A stretch of DNA of 64,000 nucleotides from an uncultured delta proteobacterium (GTDB lineage: Bacteria > Desulfobacterota > Binatia > Binatales > Binataceae), in NCBI GenBank assembly GCA_963814715.1, contig CAWFDW010000003.1, positions 216,298-280,297 on the forward strand, written 5' to 3'. A program made the position numbers and the translations under genes. Position 1 is the first letter of the stretch, and each line of letters opens with the position of its first letter. The notes below the pieces were generated by a model, which was given only the letters and a program-made list of their open reading frames with translations, was not told the origin of the DNA and made no database searches. Below are positions 40,783 through 49,128 of the stretch, in pieces.

Positions 40783-41603
40783 GGCTGCACCTTGCTCGAA
40801 AGCTCGCGCCGAATCTCTTCGGCGAAATGAAACGTCATATGCTGGCGATACTCCGGCGTGCCATGAACGTCGTCGAAGAATTTCGGAATGTCACGCTCGA
40901 TTCGCGCGCGCAGATCGCCGGAATTGGGAAGTTTCGGAAACTTCAGCCGATGCGGTCGCTCGGTCGAGGCGGAAATCGTGAGCATGAAGACTCCGTCCTT
41001 CGGATCCAGAGTGCCGGCCAGCAGCGCCGTCGATCGCCCGAGATGCGTCAAAGATATTCGGCGAAAGCAGAATCGCTTTCGCATCGCGGCAGCCGGCAAC
41101 TCGATGCTTCTCAGCAGATCGCCGGCATGCAGCACATTCTTGTGATTGCCGGTGACGAAATCCTCGACGGCCACGCGCCGCTCGACACCGTCGCGATTCA
41201 TGATCCGGCAGATACCCTCGAGCGCTACCGCCATCGAAATCATCGGACCCGCGGGCAACGACATGCAGACATTGCCGCCAACCGTCGCGGTGTTCCAGAT
41301 TTTGAACGACGAGAGGAACGCAGCGCAGCATTCGCCAATCAGCGGCGCCGCAGTCCAATCCGGCGGCGTCGACAGCGCGACGAGCTTGGCAATCTGGCAG
41401 GTCGCGGCAATCTCAAGGCCGCGCTCACTGACGATCAACGGCTCCCAGCCAAGACCTTGAAGATCGATCAGTCGCCGCAGATGCGGCTGCGGCTCCGAGA
41501 AGAGCCACGTGCCTCCCGCGAGCCATGCGTCGCCGTCGCGCCAACCGATCGCCGCTTCACCGGGCTTTGGACGCGCAACCTCACCGATGGTATTTAGATC
41601 CAT
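40779..41603 (-). CDS. FAD-binding subunit of the molybdoenzyme (CoxM/XdhB-like)
   Basis: FAD_binding_5-type motifs (WLAGGTWL, ATVGGNV) and a CO-dehydrogenase-flavoprotein C-domain. 4-nt overlap with the downstream gene. Confidence 0.85.
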   Translation of the reverse strand: MDLNTIGEVARPKPGEAAIGWRDGDAWLAGGTWLFSEPQPHLRRLIDLQGLGWEPLIVSERGLEIAATCQIAKLVALSTPPDWTAAPLIGECCAAFLSSFKIWNTATVGGNVCMSLPAGPMISMAVALEGICRIMNRDGVERRVAVEDFVTGNHKNVLHAGDLLRSIELPAAAMRKRFCFRRISLTHLGRSTALLAGTLDPKDGVFMLTISASTERPHRLKFPKLPNSGDLRARIERDIPKFFDDVHGTPEYRQHMTFHFAEEIRRELSSKVQP

Positions 41604-41721
41604 TCAAACACCCCCATGACCGCATCCGGAGTTAACGTTTTGTCAGTCGTTGATCACAGGCAGGTGGACGGGAGGCTGACGCGTCATCTCTAAGTACCGC
41701 GCCCCGTCGTAGCAAATCAAG

Positions 41722-42441
41722 TTGGAGCATATGAACAATCAAAGACCGCTACTCGCGTCGTTGATCTTTTGCGTACTGTTTGGAATCCCGCAGCCAGCCT
41801 TTGCCAGAGAATTAGACTACCGATGCTCGGAGCCGCCAATGGAGGTGACCTTCGCGGCGAGAGACCTGCACTATAGTGGGGCGGTGAGTTGCGGAAATCT
41901 CTTTCTCCAATCGGACATACCTGTCGCTCCCGTGGTCCGATGGAAAGGAGCCGACGTGACAAAATTATATACGCTGATGATGTTGGACTTCGATGGCAAC
42001 GCCAATGGATCCTGGCCGGACCCGGTTCCTTCGGGAGAGAATTCTACCGTGCGGCATTGGATCGTTGGAAACATTCCGGGTGATCTGCTCCGCGGCACGG
42101 GCTACGTGGAGTCCGGGAATGATTCGGGAATCGATAAGACGTCTGTCCTGCAACCATATCGCGCTCCCCACATCCCGGTGGTATCGGATCGATACGGCAT
42201 CTATTTGTTCGAACAGACCAAAAGAATCGACTTCGCAGCAGTGTCCGGACCCATCACAAACTTCGACTACTCGACGTTCCTCGACACATACAAGTTAGGA
42301 GATCCTAAGGCTTCCAACTACTTCGTGGCGATCTACACGTCTGAATCTCCATTTTCCGGAAAACCGTTCCACGGCAACGATGTCTCCGGCGTCTGGCATC
42401 AGGGCTATGGGAAAGGGAAACTTGCTCCCTCTCAGGAATGA
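41722..42441 (+). CDS. secreted PEBP (phosphatidylethanolamine-binding protein)-family protein, divergent
   Basis: Signal peptide. PEBP landmarks: LYTLMMLDFDG (in place of DPDAP), RHWIVGNIPG, YRAPHIPVVSDRYGIYLFEQ (in place of GPPP..G.HRYVF.LY.Q). The region is visibly AT-richer. Confidence 0.7.
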   Translation: MEHMNNQRPLLASLIFCVLFGIPQPAFARELDYRCSEPPMEVTFAARDLHYSGAVSCGNLFLQSDIPVAPVVRWKGADVTKLYTLMMLDFDGNANGSWPDPVPSGENSTVRHWIVGNIPGDLLRGTGYVESGNDSGIDKTSVLQPYRAPHIPVVSDRYGIYLFEQTKRIDFAAVSGPITNFDYSTFLDTYKLGDPKASNYFVAIYTSESPFSGKPFHGNDVSGVWHQGYGKGKLAPSQE

Positions 42442-42564
42442 TTCTGACGGCGTCACCGGAGGGTTTTGGAAAATTTCAAGAGTCACTTGTCTGGGTAACC
42501 GACCTCTAAGCGGTGCTGGACGCGGCCGGCCAGAAAATAACGAGCCTTAGCTTAGTTGACACCG

Positions 42565-43209
42565 TTACTTGGACTCGACTTGGGCTGGTTTTGAGGCTGG
42601 GTCGCTTCGCAGTTGGCGTTCAGCGGTTGCGCGTTTCATCGCCTGAACGAACTCACCAGCACCCGTACCCCATTTTGAGAATACCTTGAGTGCCGTGGTA
42701 AACGGTACATCCACTGGATGCACGCGCTCCCGCGGAAGAATGTACAATGCTCCGGCCATTGGCGTCGGTACCGATGGCACCAGCACTGTGTACGACCCAT
42801 CCTCCAGATGTTCGATGATGAGCGCCGGAACCAGTGCCTCTTCAATCTCTACAAGGGCCGGCGCAAATGACGTTTCCTGGTTCTCGCCCGCTATCCTTCC
42901 GGCGAGGCCGCGCAGCAAAGGGTAGCCCGGTAGCTTTTGTAGGATCCTCTCTTCGAAAACGTTTTTGGCACGTAGGCCCGGGCCCGTGCGTACGATCAAC
43001 CCAGCAATGAAGCAGATCGCTGCAAGTACGACGACTCCCAGAACCTGACGAAGTTCCATGGTGGCTGGAAGCTGGTTGGTGATCGGGCTAACGAGTGCCA
43101 ACAGACTAGTGATGCCCTTGGCGAGCAGTATCACAGCGGCATAGATGGGCAGGACAACAAGAATCCCGCCGATCAGCGTCGTCTTGCTGAATTCTGCAAG
43201 TGTCCGCAC
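42565..43209 (-). CDS. DUF502-family membrane protein
   Basis: Two N-terminal TM helices, then ...LQKLPGYPLLRGL... and VLVPSVPTPMAGALYILPRERVHPVDVPFTTALKVFSKWG, as in DUF502. Confidence 0.7.
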   Translation of the reverse strand: MRTLAEFSKTTLIGGILVVLPIYAAVILLAKGITSLLALVSPITNQLPATMELRQVLGVVVLAAICFIAGLIVRTGPGLRAKNVFEERILQKLPGYPLLRGLAGRIAGENQETSFAPALVEIEEALVPALIIEHLEDGSYTVLVPSVPTPMAGALYILPRERVHPVDVPFTTALKVFSKWGTGAGEFVQAMKRATAERQLRSDPASKPAQVESK

Positions 43210-43309
43210 TTACTCTACTTACCACTTGGACGTATCTTAGTGAACAGAAGGAACTGATGTCACGGTCAACGACGAAATTTTCGGTTGTTAAACCACCAAT
43301 GTGTTCCAG

Positions 43310-43930
43310 TCAGCGCCGGGCTTGCTGTTTTCGCACGAACGGGACCAGCATCGGGGTCTTGCGTGCGTAGTTGTCATAAACATTTGCGGCATCTGCGCCC
43401 AGTTGTGCGCGCAGGAAGCGTTCCTCCCGTCGCGCTTTGGCGTAAAAAGCCAACGTTATAACGGCGACACCGAGCAGCGCGAACAAGGTTCCTTTGTTGA
43501 GTGCTGTCACCAACGCGGTAAAGACGAGGCCCGAATAGATCGGATGCCGCACGAGCCGATAAGGTCCGGTGTCAACTAAATGGTGACCAGCCTTCTTTAC
43601 CACCCAGTCCGACCAAAGAGGGCCGAGGTGAATACGGGCCCACCAGGTGAACAAAAGTCCGGCACCGGTCAGCGCGACTAATATCCAGTTCGTCGCATCG
43701 CCAAACTGCCAAAGCTGCGTTTGCGTGTAGCTGCGGCGGCTCGGTGGAAACGCTAACAGCAAGACCAAGCCGGTATAGAAGAGAACGCGGAAGAGAAGCT
43801 CGGCTACTATGGCGTCCCTCTTTTCAGTGCGATTGGACCAAAACATAGCTACGGTCCATGAGACCAGCCACGCGGCCCAGAGAGCGTCGATCGCATGTTC
43901 TGGCTTCATCGAAATGACTTCTTCGGTCAT
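43310..43930 (-). CDS. isoprenylcysteine carboxyl / phospholipid methyltransferase-family membrane protein
   Basis: Multi-TM protein with the C-terminal signature LVDTGPYRLVRHPIYSG....L and REERFL. ATG 43930 is preferred to the upstream GTG. Confidence 0.75.
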   Translation of the reverse strand: MTEEVISMKPEHAIDALWAAWLVSWTVAMFWSNRTEKRDAIVAELLFRVLFYTGLVLLLAFPPSRRSYTQTQLWQFGDATNWILVALTGAGLLFTWWARIHLGPLWSDWVVKKAGHHLVDTGPYRLVRHPIYSGLVFTALVTALNKGTLFALLGVAVITLAFYAKARREERFLRAQLGADAANVYDNYARKTPMLVPFVRKQQARR

Positions 43931-44018
43931 GCTGCTACTCTGCCCGAAACACAAACGCCGACCAGAATCGTGCTCCGGTCGGAGTTGACCCGCAATGATC
44001 GAACAGTGGAAGGGAAGG

Positions 44019-44046
44019 TGGCTCACCGGTTCGGATTCGAACCAGA
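44019..44046 (-). other. orphan tRNA 3'-end fragment (T-arm + acceptor strand + CCA)
   Basis: The minus strand reads TCTGG-TTCGAAT-CCGAA-CCGGTGA-G-CCA. This is a canonical GGTTCGAATCC T-loop box at exactly the right distance from a terminal CCA, but no matching 5' acceptor strand, D-arm or anticodon arm lies upstream. Confidence 0.45.
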
Positions 44047-44317
44047 AACAAGAAGGTTAACAGTCGCTGAACGCCCGACTTTGGCGCTAACGACGGTAGC
44101 GGTTCCAACTGAACGGTCCAAGTCGAGTCCAAGTCCGTTCGAAACGTTTGATTCAGCTACAGGATTCCAGACGCCGCGGATCAGCAATCCACTGCGTCGG
44201 CGATCAGCTTTTTCGATGTTCCCCAGCCCTTTATCAAGATAGAGGCTCGAACCAACCGTTGACGTTTGCGTCAAGAAGCCCGTACGCGCGGGCGGGTAGA
44301 TACACTTGGCCTATGGA

Positions 44318-44740
44318 TCACAAATCAAACGTGATTCGGGTGCGCCACTTACCGTCCTTGTTCTCGACCACCAGTTGACGCTCTTGGACCCCCTTGATCT
44401 CAGTAATCAGGCTATGGCGATCCGGGTCGTACCGCTCGCCCGAGAGCCACACCACGATAGGGCCGCCGCGCTCCTCGAGCTCGGCATCGCGCCAAATGAA
44501 ACCGCTGAGGAACACGCTCAGCGCGGCGGCCAGCATGTCGTGCATCATCTCGACATCGGTATCGTCGACGATTTCGATCTCTCGCCGATCCGCGACCTTG
44601 ACGCTGTCCGGCTGGACCATGATTCGGGATAGCGCGGTCATGGCGCGGGCTAACAGAGTGTTGCGGCTGTCCGCTTCAACCTCGATCGCAAGCACTTTGC
44701 CGCGCTCGAGCTCCTTGTACAATCCGTCGTTATCGGCCAT
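44318..44740 (-). CDS. hypothetical cytoplasmic protein (140 aa), no family recognised
   Basis: ATG 44740 lies 5 nt after GGAG. Acidic, ordinary composition. Confidence 0.55.
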   Translation of the reverse strand: MADNDGLYKELERGKVLAIEVEADSRNTLLARAMTALSRIMVQPDSVKVADRREIEIVDDTDVEMMHDMLAAALSVFLSGFIWRDAELEERGGPIVVWLSGERYDPDRHSLITEIKGVQERQLVVENKDGKWRTRITFDL

Positions 44741-45160
44741 TGGATCTCCTCTGATCTTTTCAGAAGCGTTCGCGCTGGCCGTCGCGTGCGAGCTGGGCGG
44801 TTGCATGGCAAATGTTGAACATGGGCTCGAGCACCGAGCGACGTCAGCACGCGATCGCGATCAGCTTCCATCCTTTATCACCAGGGTGTCGCGAGCGCGA
44901 ATAGCTGCGACAGGAGACATCACACCACTCCGGCTGGCTGGCCTCTCCGGCATCTCGCACGGAAGGGCCGGTTACTTTTCCTCGGGTCCCAAGTGGATAG
45001 TGATACTGAACGCGGAGAGGCCGGAGCTTTGCTCGGGCTCGACTGCGTATCCGTTGAGTTTGGCCTTGTGGGCCAGCACCCGCACCGCTCTTTTTTCGAC
45101 GAGGACAGCGATTGCGGCCGGATACTGTCCCGCGCTTTTGCTTTCTGGTAAACCGCGTCC

Positions 45161-45445
45161 ATGAAATTCCGCCATGCAGTCGCGGTCATGTTTGTCGCCT
45201 GGTGCCTGATAATGCCGCCAATCTCCAAGGACCATAAGATGGTCGAGAAGAAAATCCCACTCTCAAGGTGGGATACGATTGGCAGTTATGACAACGCCGC
45301 TAAATGCAAGAGCGAACTTGCAAAACTCACCGCGCTTCTAGCGGACAACATTTCCTTGTCTGTGATCCAGCAGCGCGTATTGGCGGGGAAGTGCCTCGCC
45401 GCTGACGATCCGCGCCTTCACTCCGACAATTTCGAGATGTATTGA
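45161..45445 (+). CDS. small exported hypothetical protein (94 aa)
   Basis: Hydrophobic N-terminus (AVAVMFVAWCLIMPP). Two Cys (AAKCKSE...GKCLAADDPRL), a pattern seen in small periplasmic proteins of soil bacteria. It competes with the minus-strand ORF 44972-45175. Confidence 0.4.
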   Translation: MKFRHAVAVMFVAWCLIMPPISKDHKMVEKKIPLSRWDTIGSYDNAAKCKSELAKLTALLADNISLSVIQQRVLAGKCLAADDPRLHSDNFEMY

Positions 45446-45455
45446 ACGCGCCGCG

Positions 45456-45974
45456 TCACTGGATGACTTGCTGGGTCGGAGCCGGCGCCGCCTTGGGAGT
45501 TGCGCGGATACGCTCGAAGACGGTCTTGTTGGCGATCGCAAGCTGGCCCAATGCCGCCATGATTCTCTTCGACATTTCATCCGCGGCTTCCTTGCCCACT
45601 CGAAACACCGAAGAGTCTTCGTACACTTCGCCGGGCAGACGGTCCGAGTAGATTGTGAACGCGACCGACACCGCCGACATCGTGCCCGTGAGCTTGCTGT
45701 CGACGCCCGGCAGTCCGCTGAACATGTCCACACACCACAGATGGACGCCGATGCCCAATGCGTCGGCGTGATCGACCAGCCGATACGCGGGCGAATCGCC
45801 GACCTTGTCTTTCAGCGCGGAGCAGAAGTTTCCGCCGACCGGGTCGGAGCAATGGCAATCGACGAAAACGCTGAGCTTGGCATCGGTTGCGTTTCCTGCC
45901 GCTCCACCAGGTGCGGGGAAGATTAGAAGAAGCAGGGCGAGGATTCCGATTGAGGATGCTATCTTGGTATTCAA
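45456..45974 (-). CDS. secreted hypothetical protein (172 aa)
   Basis: Signal peptide MNTKIASSIGILALLLLIFPAPGGAAG. 4 Cys. No family recognised. Confidence 0.65.
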   Translation of the reverse strand: MNTKIASSIGILALLLLIFPAPGGAAGNATDAKLSVFVDCHCSDPVGGNFCSALKDKVGDSPAYRLVDHADALGIGVHLWCVDMFSGLPGVDSKLTGTMSAVSVAFTIYSDRLPGEVYEDSSVFRVGKEAADEMSKRIMAALGQLAIANKTVFERIRATPKAAPAPTQQVIQ

Positions 45975-46060
45975 AGTAAATGGCAGGGTAGCGGAGTCAT
46001 GGCGATTCGGGCAAATGCCCCGATATTCAGTATCGCGACATCGCCCTGCCGCGTGCTAGT

Positions 46061-47194
46061 ATGCGGCGGTTATCTTCAACGAGGAGTTCGAAACATTATT
46101 CGATGTTACTCAACATAATTCACGCAGGGCGCAATCGTTTTGGATCCGCGTGGCGTATCGTTTCCGGCATTGCCGCAGTCGCAATCGTCTGCGCGGCCGT
46201 CTCCGCGCATCGCGCGTGGGCCGACGATCCCAACGCGACCGTCGCCACCGTCGGCGATCACAAAATCACCAATAAAGATCTCGATGCGAAGGTGCAGCCC
46301 CAGCTCGATCAGATGCGGGCGATGCTCGAGAAGCGCGTCACCCAACTGATCGCCGACAAATCCTTCGATCTACGGCGTCAGACGCTCGAATCGATGACCG
46401 ACGAGTATCTGATCGATCAGGCCGCCCAGCGCGACAAGCTGAGCGTCCCTGACTACCTCAAGAAAGAATCCACCGGAAAAAACGCCGTGACCGAAGCCCA
46501 GGCCAAGGCCTTCTACGACAAGAACAAGAACGCGGGCACCGCGCCGTTCGAGAAGCTCAAGCCGCAACTGATGGAGATGATGAACCGTCAGGCGATGCTC
46601 GATCGTTTGCGCAAGAATCAGCCGGTGAAGATTCTGCTCGAGCCCAAGCGCGTAGTGGTCGACAGCGGCGGGCATCCCGCACTCGGCGCCAAGGATGCGC
46701 CGGTCACGATCGTCGAGTTCACCGATTTCCAGTGCCCGTTCTGCAAGGCGACTGAAGCTACCCTCAAGCAGTTGCGCGACAAATATGGCGACAAGATTCG
46801 CCTCGTGCACATGGATTATCCGCTGCCGTTCCATCCCCATGCGCACGACGCTGCCACGGCCGCGCGATGCGCCGGCGAGCAGGACAAGTTCTGGCAATTC
46901 CACGACTCGCTGTTCGCCAATCAAGGCAAGCTGGCGCCCGCCGATCTGAAGGCGACCGCCAAGACGCTCGGCATGAATTCCACCAAGTTCGATGCATGCT
47001 TCGACAAGTCGCAATTCGACGCCCAGATCAAAGCCGACCAGGCCGCCGGCGAGAAAGTCGGGGTCGACGGAACCCCGGCGTTCTTCATTGACGGCCGTCC
47101 GCTGACGGGTGCGCAGCCCGAACCAAAATTCGAAGAGCTGATCGACGACGAACTGGCCAACGGCAGCAACAACAAGCAGGCGTCGGCGAAGTAG
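46061..47194 (+). CDS. DsbA-family thiol:disulfide oxidoreductase with N-terminal SurA-N-like chaperone segment
   Basis: CPFC active site (VEFTDFQCPFCKA), ...GVDGTPAFFIDGRPL.G, and an N-terminal anchor or signal. Confidence 0.85.
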   Translation: MRRLSSTRSSKHYSMLLNIIHAGRNRFGSAWRIVSGIAAVAIVCAAVSAHRAWADDPNATVATVGDHKITNKDLDAKVQPQLDQMRAMLEKRVTQLIADKSFDLRRQTLESMTDEYLIDQAAQRDKLSVPDYLKKESTGKNAVTEAQAKAFYDKNKNAGTAPFEKLKPQLMEMMNRQAMLDRLRKNQPVKILLEPKRVVVDSGGHPALGAKDAPVTIVEFTDFQCPFCKATEATLKQLRDKYGDKIRLVHMDYPLPFHPHAHDAATAARCAGEQDKFWQFHDSLFANQGKLAPADLKATAKTLGMNSTKFDACFDKSQFDAQIKADQAAGEKVGVDGTPAFFIDGRPLTGAQPEPKFEELIDDELANGSNNKQASAK

Positions 47195-47215
47195 TAGTTC
47201 TCGACGCGAGTACTT

Positions 47216-47254
47216 AAATCCGGCGCCGGCATCATGCTGGCGCCGGATTTTTTT
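47216..47254 (+). terminator. Rho-independent terminator
   Basis: AAATCCGGCGCC-GGCATCATGCT-GGCGCCGGATTT followed by TTTT, 22 nt after the stop at 47194. Confidence 0.8.
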
Positions 47255-47382
47255 GTGGCGCAAGCGCAAGTGCCGCGGCGCGGTGGGATCGGGAGCCGGT
47301 CCCTTGCCTTCCTCACTCGTTTCACCCTAAATTCATTCAGCATTGATCAATTTATTGGCGGACCGGCAGGGACATCCATTAT

Positions 47383-47823
47383 ATGGCGATTAGCTTTCCT
47401 TCGACGGAATATTTCGAGGCGCTCAAGGCGCAGATGGCCGCGAACGAGGAAAAATTCCGGCGGCTCGGATTTATCGATACCACTTTCGCAGTCAGCGTCG
47501 GCGTCAACGGCAAGGCGCGCAACTTCGTGCTCGAGTTCGAAGTTTTCGACCTCAAGAACGTCAGCGAAGTGCCGGCGATCGATCTGAAGAAAGTCGACTT
47601 CCAAATCGAAGGCGACTCGCGCGTGTGGCGCGAGATGATCGAGAATATCCGGCGCAACGGCGAGGCCGATTCATCGCACGACATCAATACTCTCGCGCAT
47701 TTCGGCGAGCGTCTGAAAATTGTTTATGACGATCCCGACGGTCACGACAAATTGTACCGCTTCATGGAATCGATCCAGGAATTTTTCGACCTATCAAGCA
47801 AGGTCGAAGTGAGTTTCAACTAA
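47383..47823 (+). CDS. SCP2 (sterol-carrier-protein-2)-like small protein
   Basis: 146 aa. The pattern YFEALKAQMAANEEKFRRLGFIDTTFAVSV....NFVLEF........D.....D.QIEGDSRVWREMI resembles SCP2/alkyl-sulfatase-C-type lipid-binding domains (from memory). It lies 23 nt upstream of the next gene. Confidence 0.55.
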   Translation: MAISFPSTEYFEALKAQMAANEEKFRRLGFIDTTFAVSVGVNGKARNFVLEFEVFDLKNVSEVPAIDLKKVDFQIEGDSRVWREMIENIRRNGEADSSHDINTLAHFGERLKIVYDDPDGHDKLYRFMESIQEFFDLSSKVEVSFN

Positions 47824-47846
47824 GTAGGCGCGGAGGCGCGGCGACG

Positions 47847-48993
47847 ATGGCATATCTTTCGACGACGGACTTCACCCAGGACAAGGACTTCATCGACAAG
47901 TGGCTCTACACGATAAGGACCGGCGAGATGGACCTGTCGTGGATGAAATCGGCGACTGAGAAAATCAGTCCGGAAGAAGCCAACCCGCGCCGTGGACTGA
48001 CCTATCGCGACCTCAACGTCGGCACCTACGGTTTCACCGACATCCCCGAGAAGGTTCGCAACAATCGATCCTATGCGCCGCGCGGCGCCGAGATTCCCGA
48101 AGGAGTGCCCGACGCGCAGCCGTGGGTCTCGCGCAAGAGCGAGCTATGGGCCTTCAATACCGAGAGCTACTACGAGGAAGCAGTGTCGCGTCAGTGGAAT
48201 GCTACCACTGACATTCCGTGGGATCGCCTCGATGGCGTCGAGCTGCCCGAAGTAACCGGCAAGGCGCTGTCGCAGTTGATGACGTTCCTCACTGAAGTGG
48301 AAATGATCGCGACTGACACGCCTGCGATGTGGCTGCCGCGATTGAATCCGGACTTTATCGAAGTGCGTGCGTTCATCGCGGCGCAGGCGATGGACGAGGC
48401 GCGTCACGCGGAGGTTTTCCGCAAGCGCGCGCTTACGACTGGATGGGGCCTGATGCAGGCGTCGCCGATCAACGAGATGGCGCTGAAGCATCTGCGCGAC
48501 GCCGATTCGTTCAGCGAGATGTCCGTGGCGCTGCACCTTGTGGCAGAAGGGCAATGTGCTGACGCTGTTCCGCTTCAGCGAGTATCTCTCACCGACCGAC
48601 GTCGACAAGAAGATTTTCCGGCTCGTGATGCAGGATGAAGCACGGCACGTCGGCTACGGCATGCAGCATTTCAAATACGTGCTCGAGCATTTCCCCGAGA
48701 AGCGCGAAGTCCTGCACGCTCATCTGGACGAAGCCGAAAATATCTCGTTTGCCGGCGCCGCCGCCACCGAGCTGACCGAAGCTTTTATCATTCTCGCGGG
48801 TGGTGGTCTGAAAAAAGAAAATATCGAGCAGGGAATCAAGATCACGACCCAGTTCAACCTGAAGCAGATGCAGGAGCATTTCGAGCGCCTGGATAAGTGC
48901 GGGATGCCCGAGCGTCGTGACCGTTCGAAGCTCTATAAGATGTACGAGATGGGCCGCGCCGCCGCCGAAAGCGCCGGCATCAAACTGAACTAA
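47847..48993 (+). CDS. ferritin-like diiron-carboxylate protein (AurF/PF11583-like), catalytic paralogue; frameshift at 48552
   Basis: Complete E...ExxH...E...ExxH ligand set: LTEVEM, MDEARHAEVF, LVAEGN, MQDEARHVGYG. The N-terminal box SRQWNATTDIPWDRL resembles AurF-type oxygenases. Two track ORFs join as ...ALHLVAEG|NVLTLFRFSEY.... Confidence 0.75.
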
Positions 48994-49039
48994 GTCTTTC
49001 AAATCTTCCCACCACGGGATGGGGTCTCTTAAATCCGGT

Positions 49040-49075
49040 CCCCCTTCCCGCTCGGGAAGGGGTCAGGGGTTAGGT
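49040..49075 (+). repeat. hairpin repeat copy 3: CCCCCTTCCC-GCTC-GGGAAGGGG-TCAGGGGTTAGGT
   Basis: Same family as 3804-3839. It lies in the 135-nt spacer between the two diiron paralogues. Confidence 0.75.
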
Positions 49076-49128
49076 TGCTGGGCGCGAAGCGAGTTTGAAG
49101 TAGGGCGAGTTATCAGAGGCAAGCTTAA

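Noticed and set aside
44019-44400. tmRNA or a complete tRNA gene ending at the CCA of 44019
   Set aside because: No 5' strand complementary to CCGGTGA lies within 400 nt. There is no GGGG-type tmRNA 5' end, no resume-codon or tag ORF, and no anticodon arm. Only the 3' fragment is tRNA-like.
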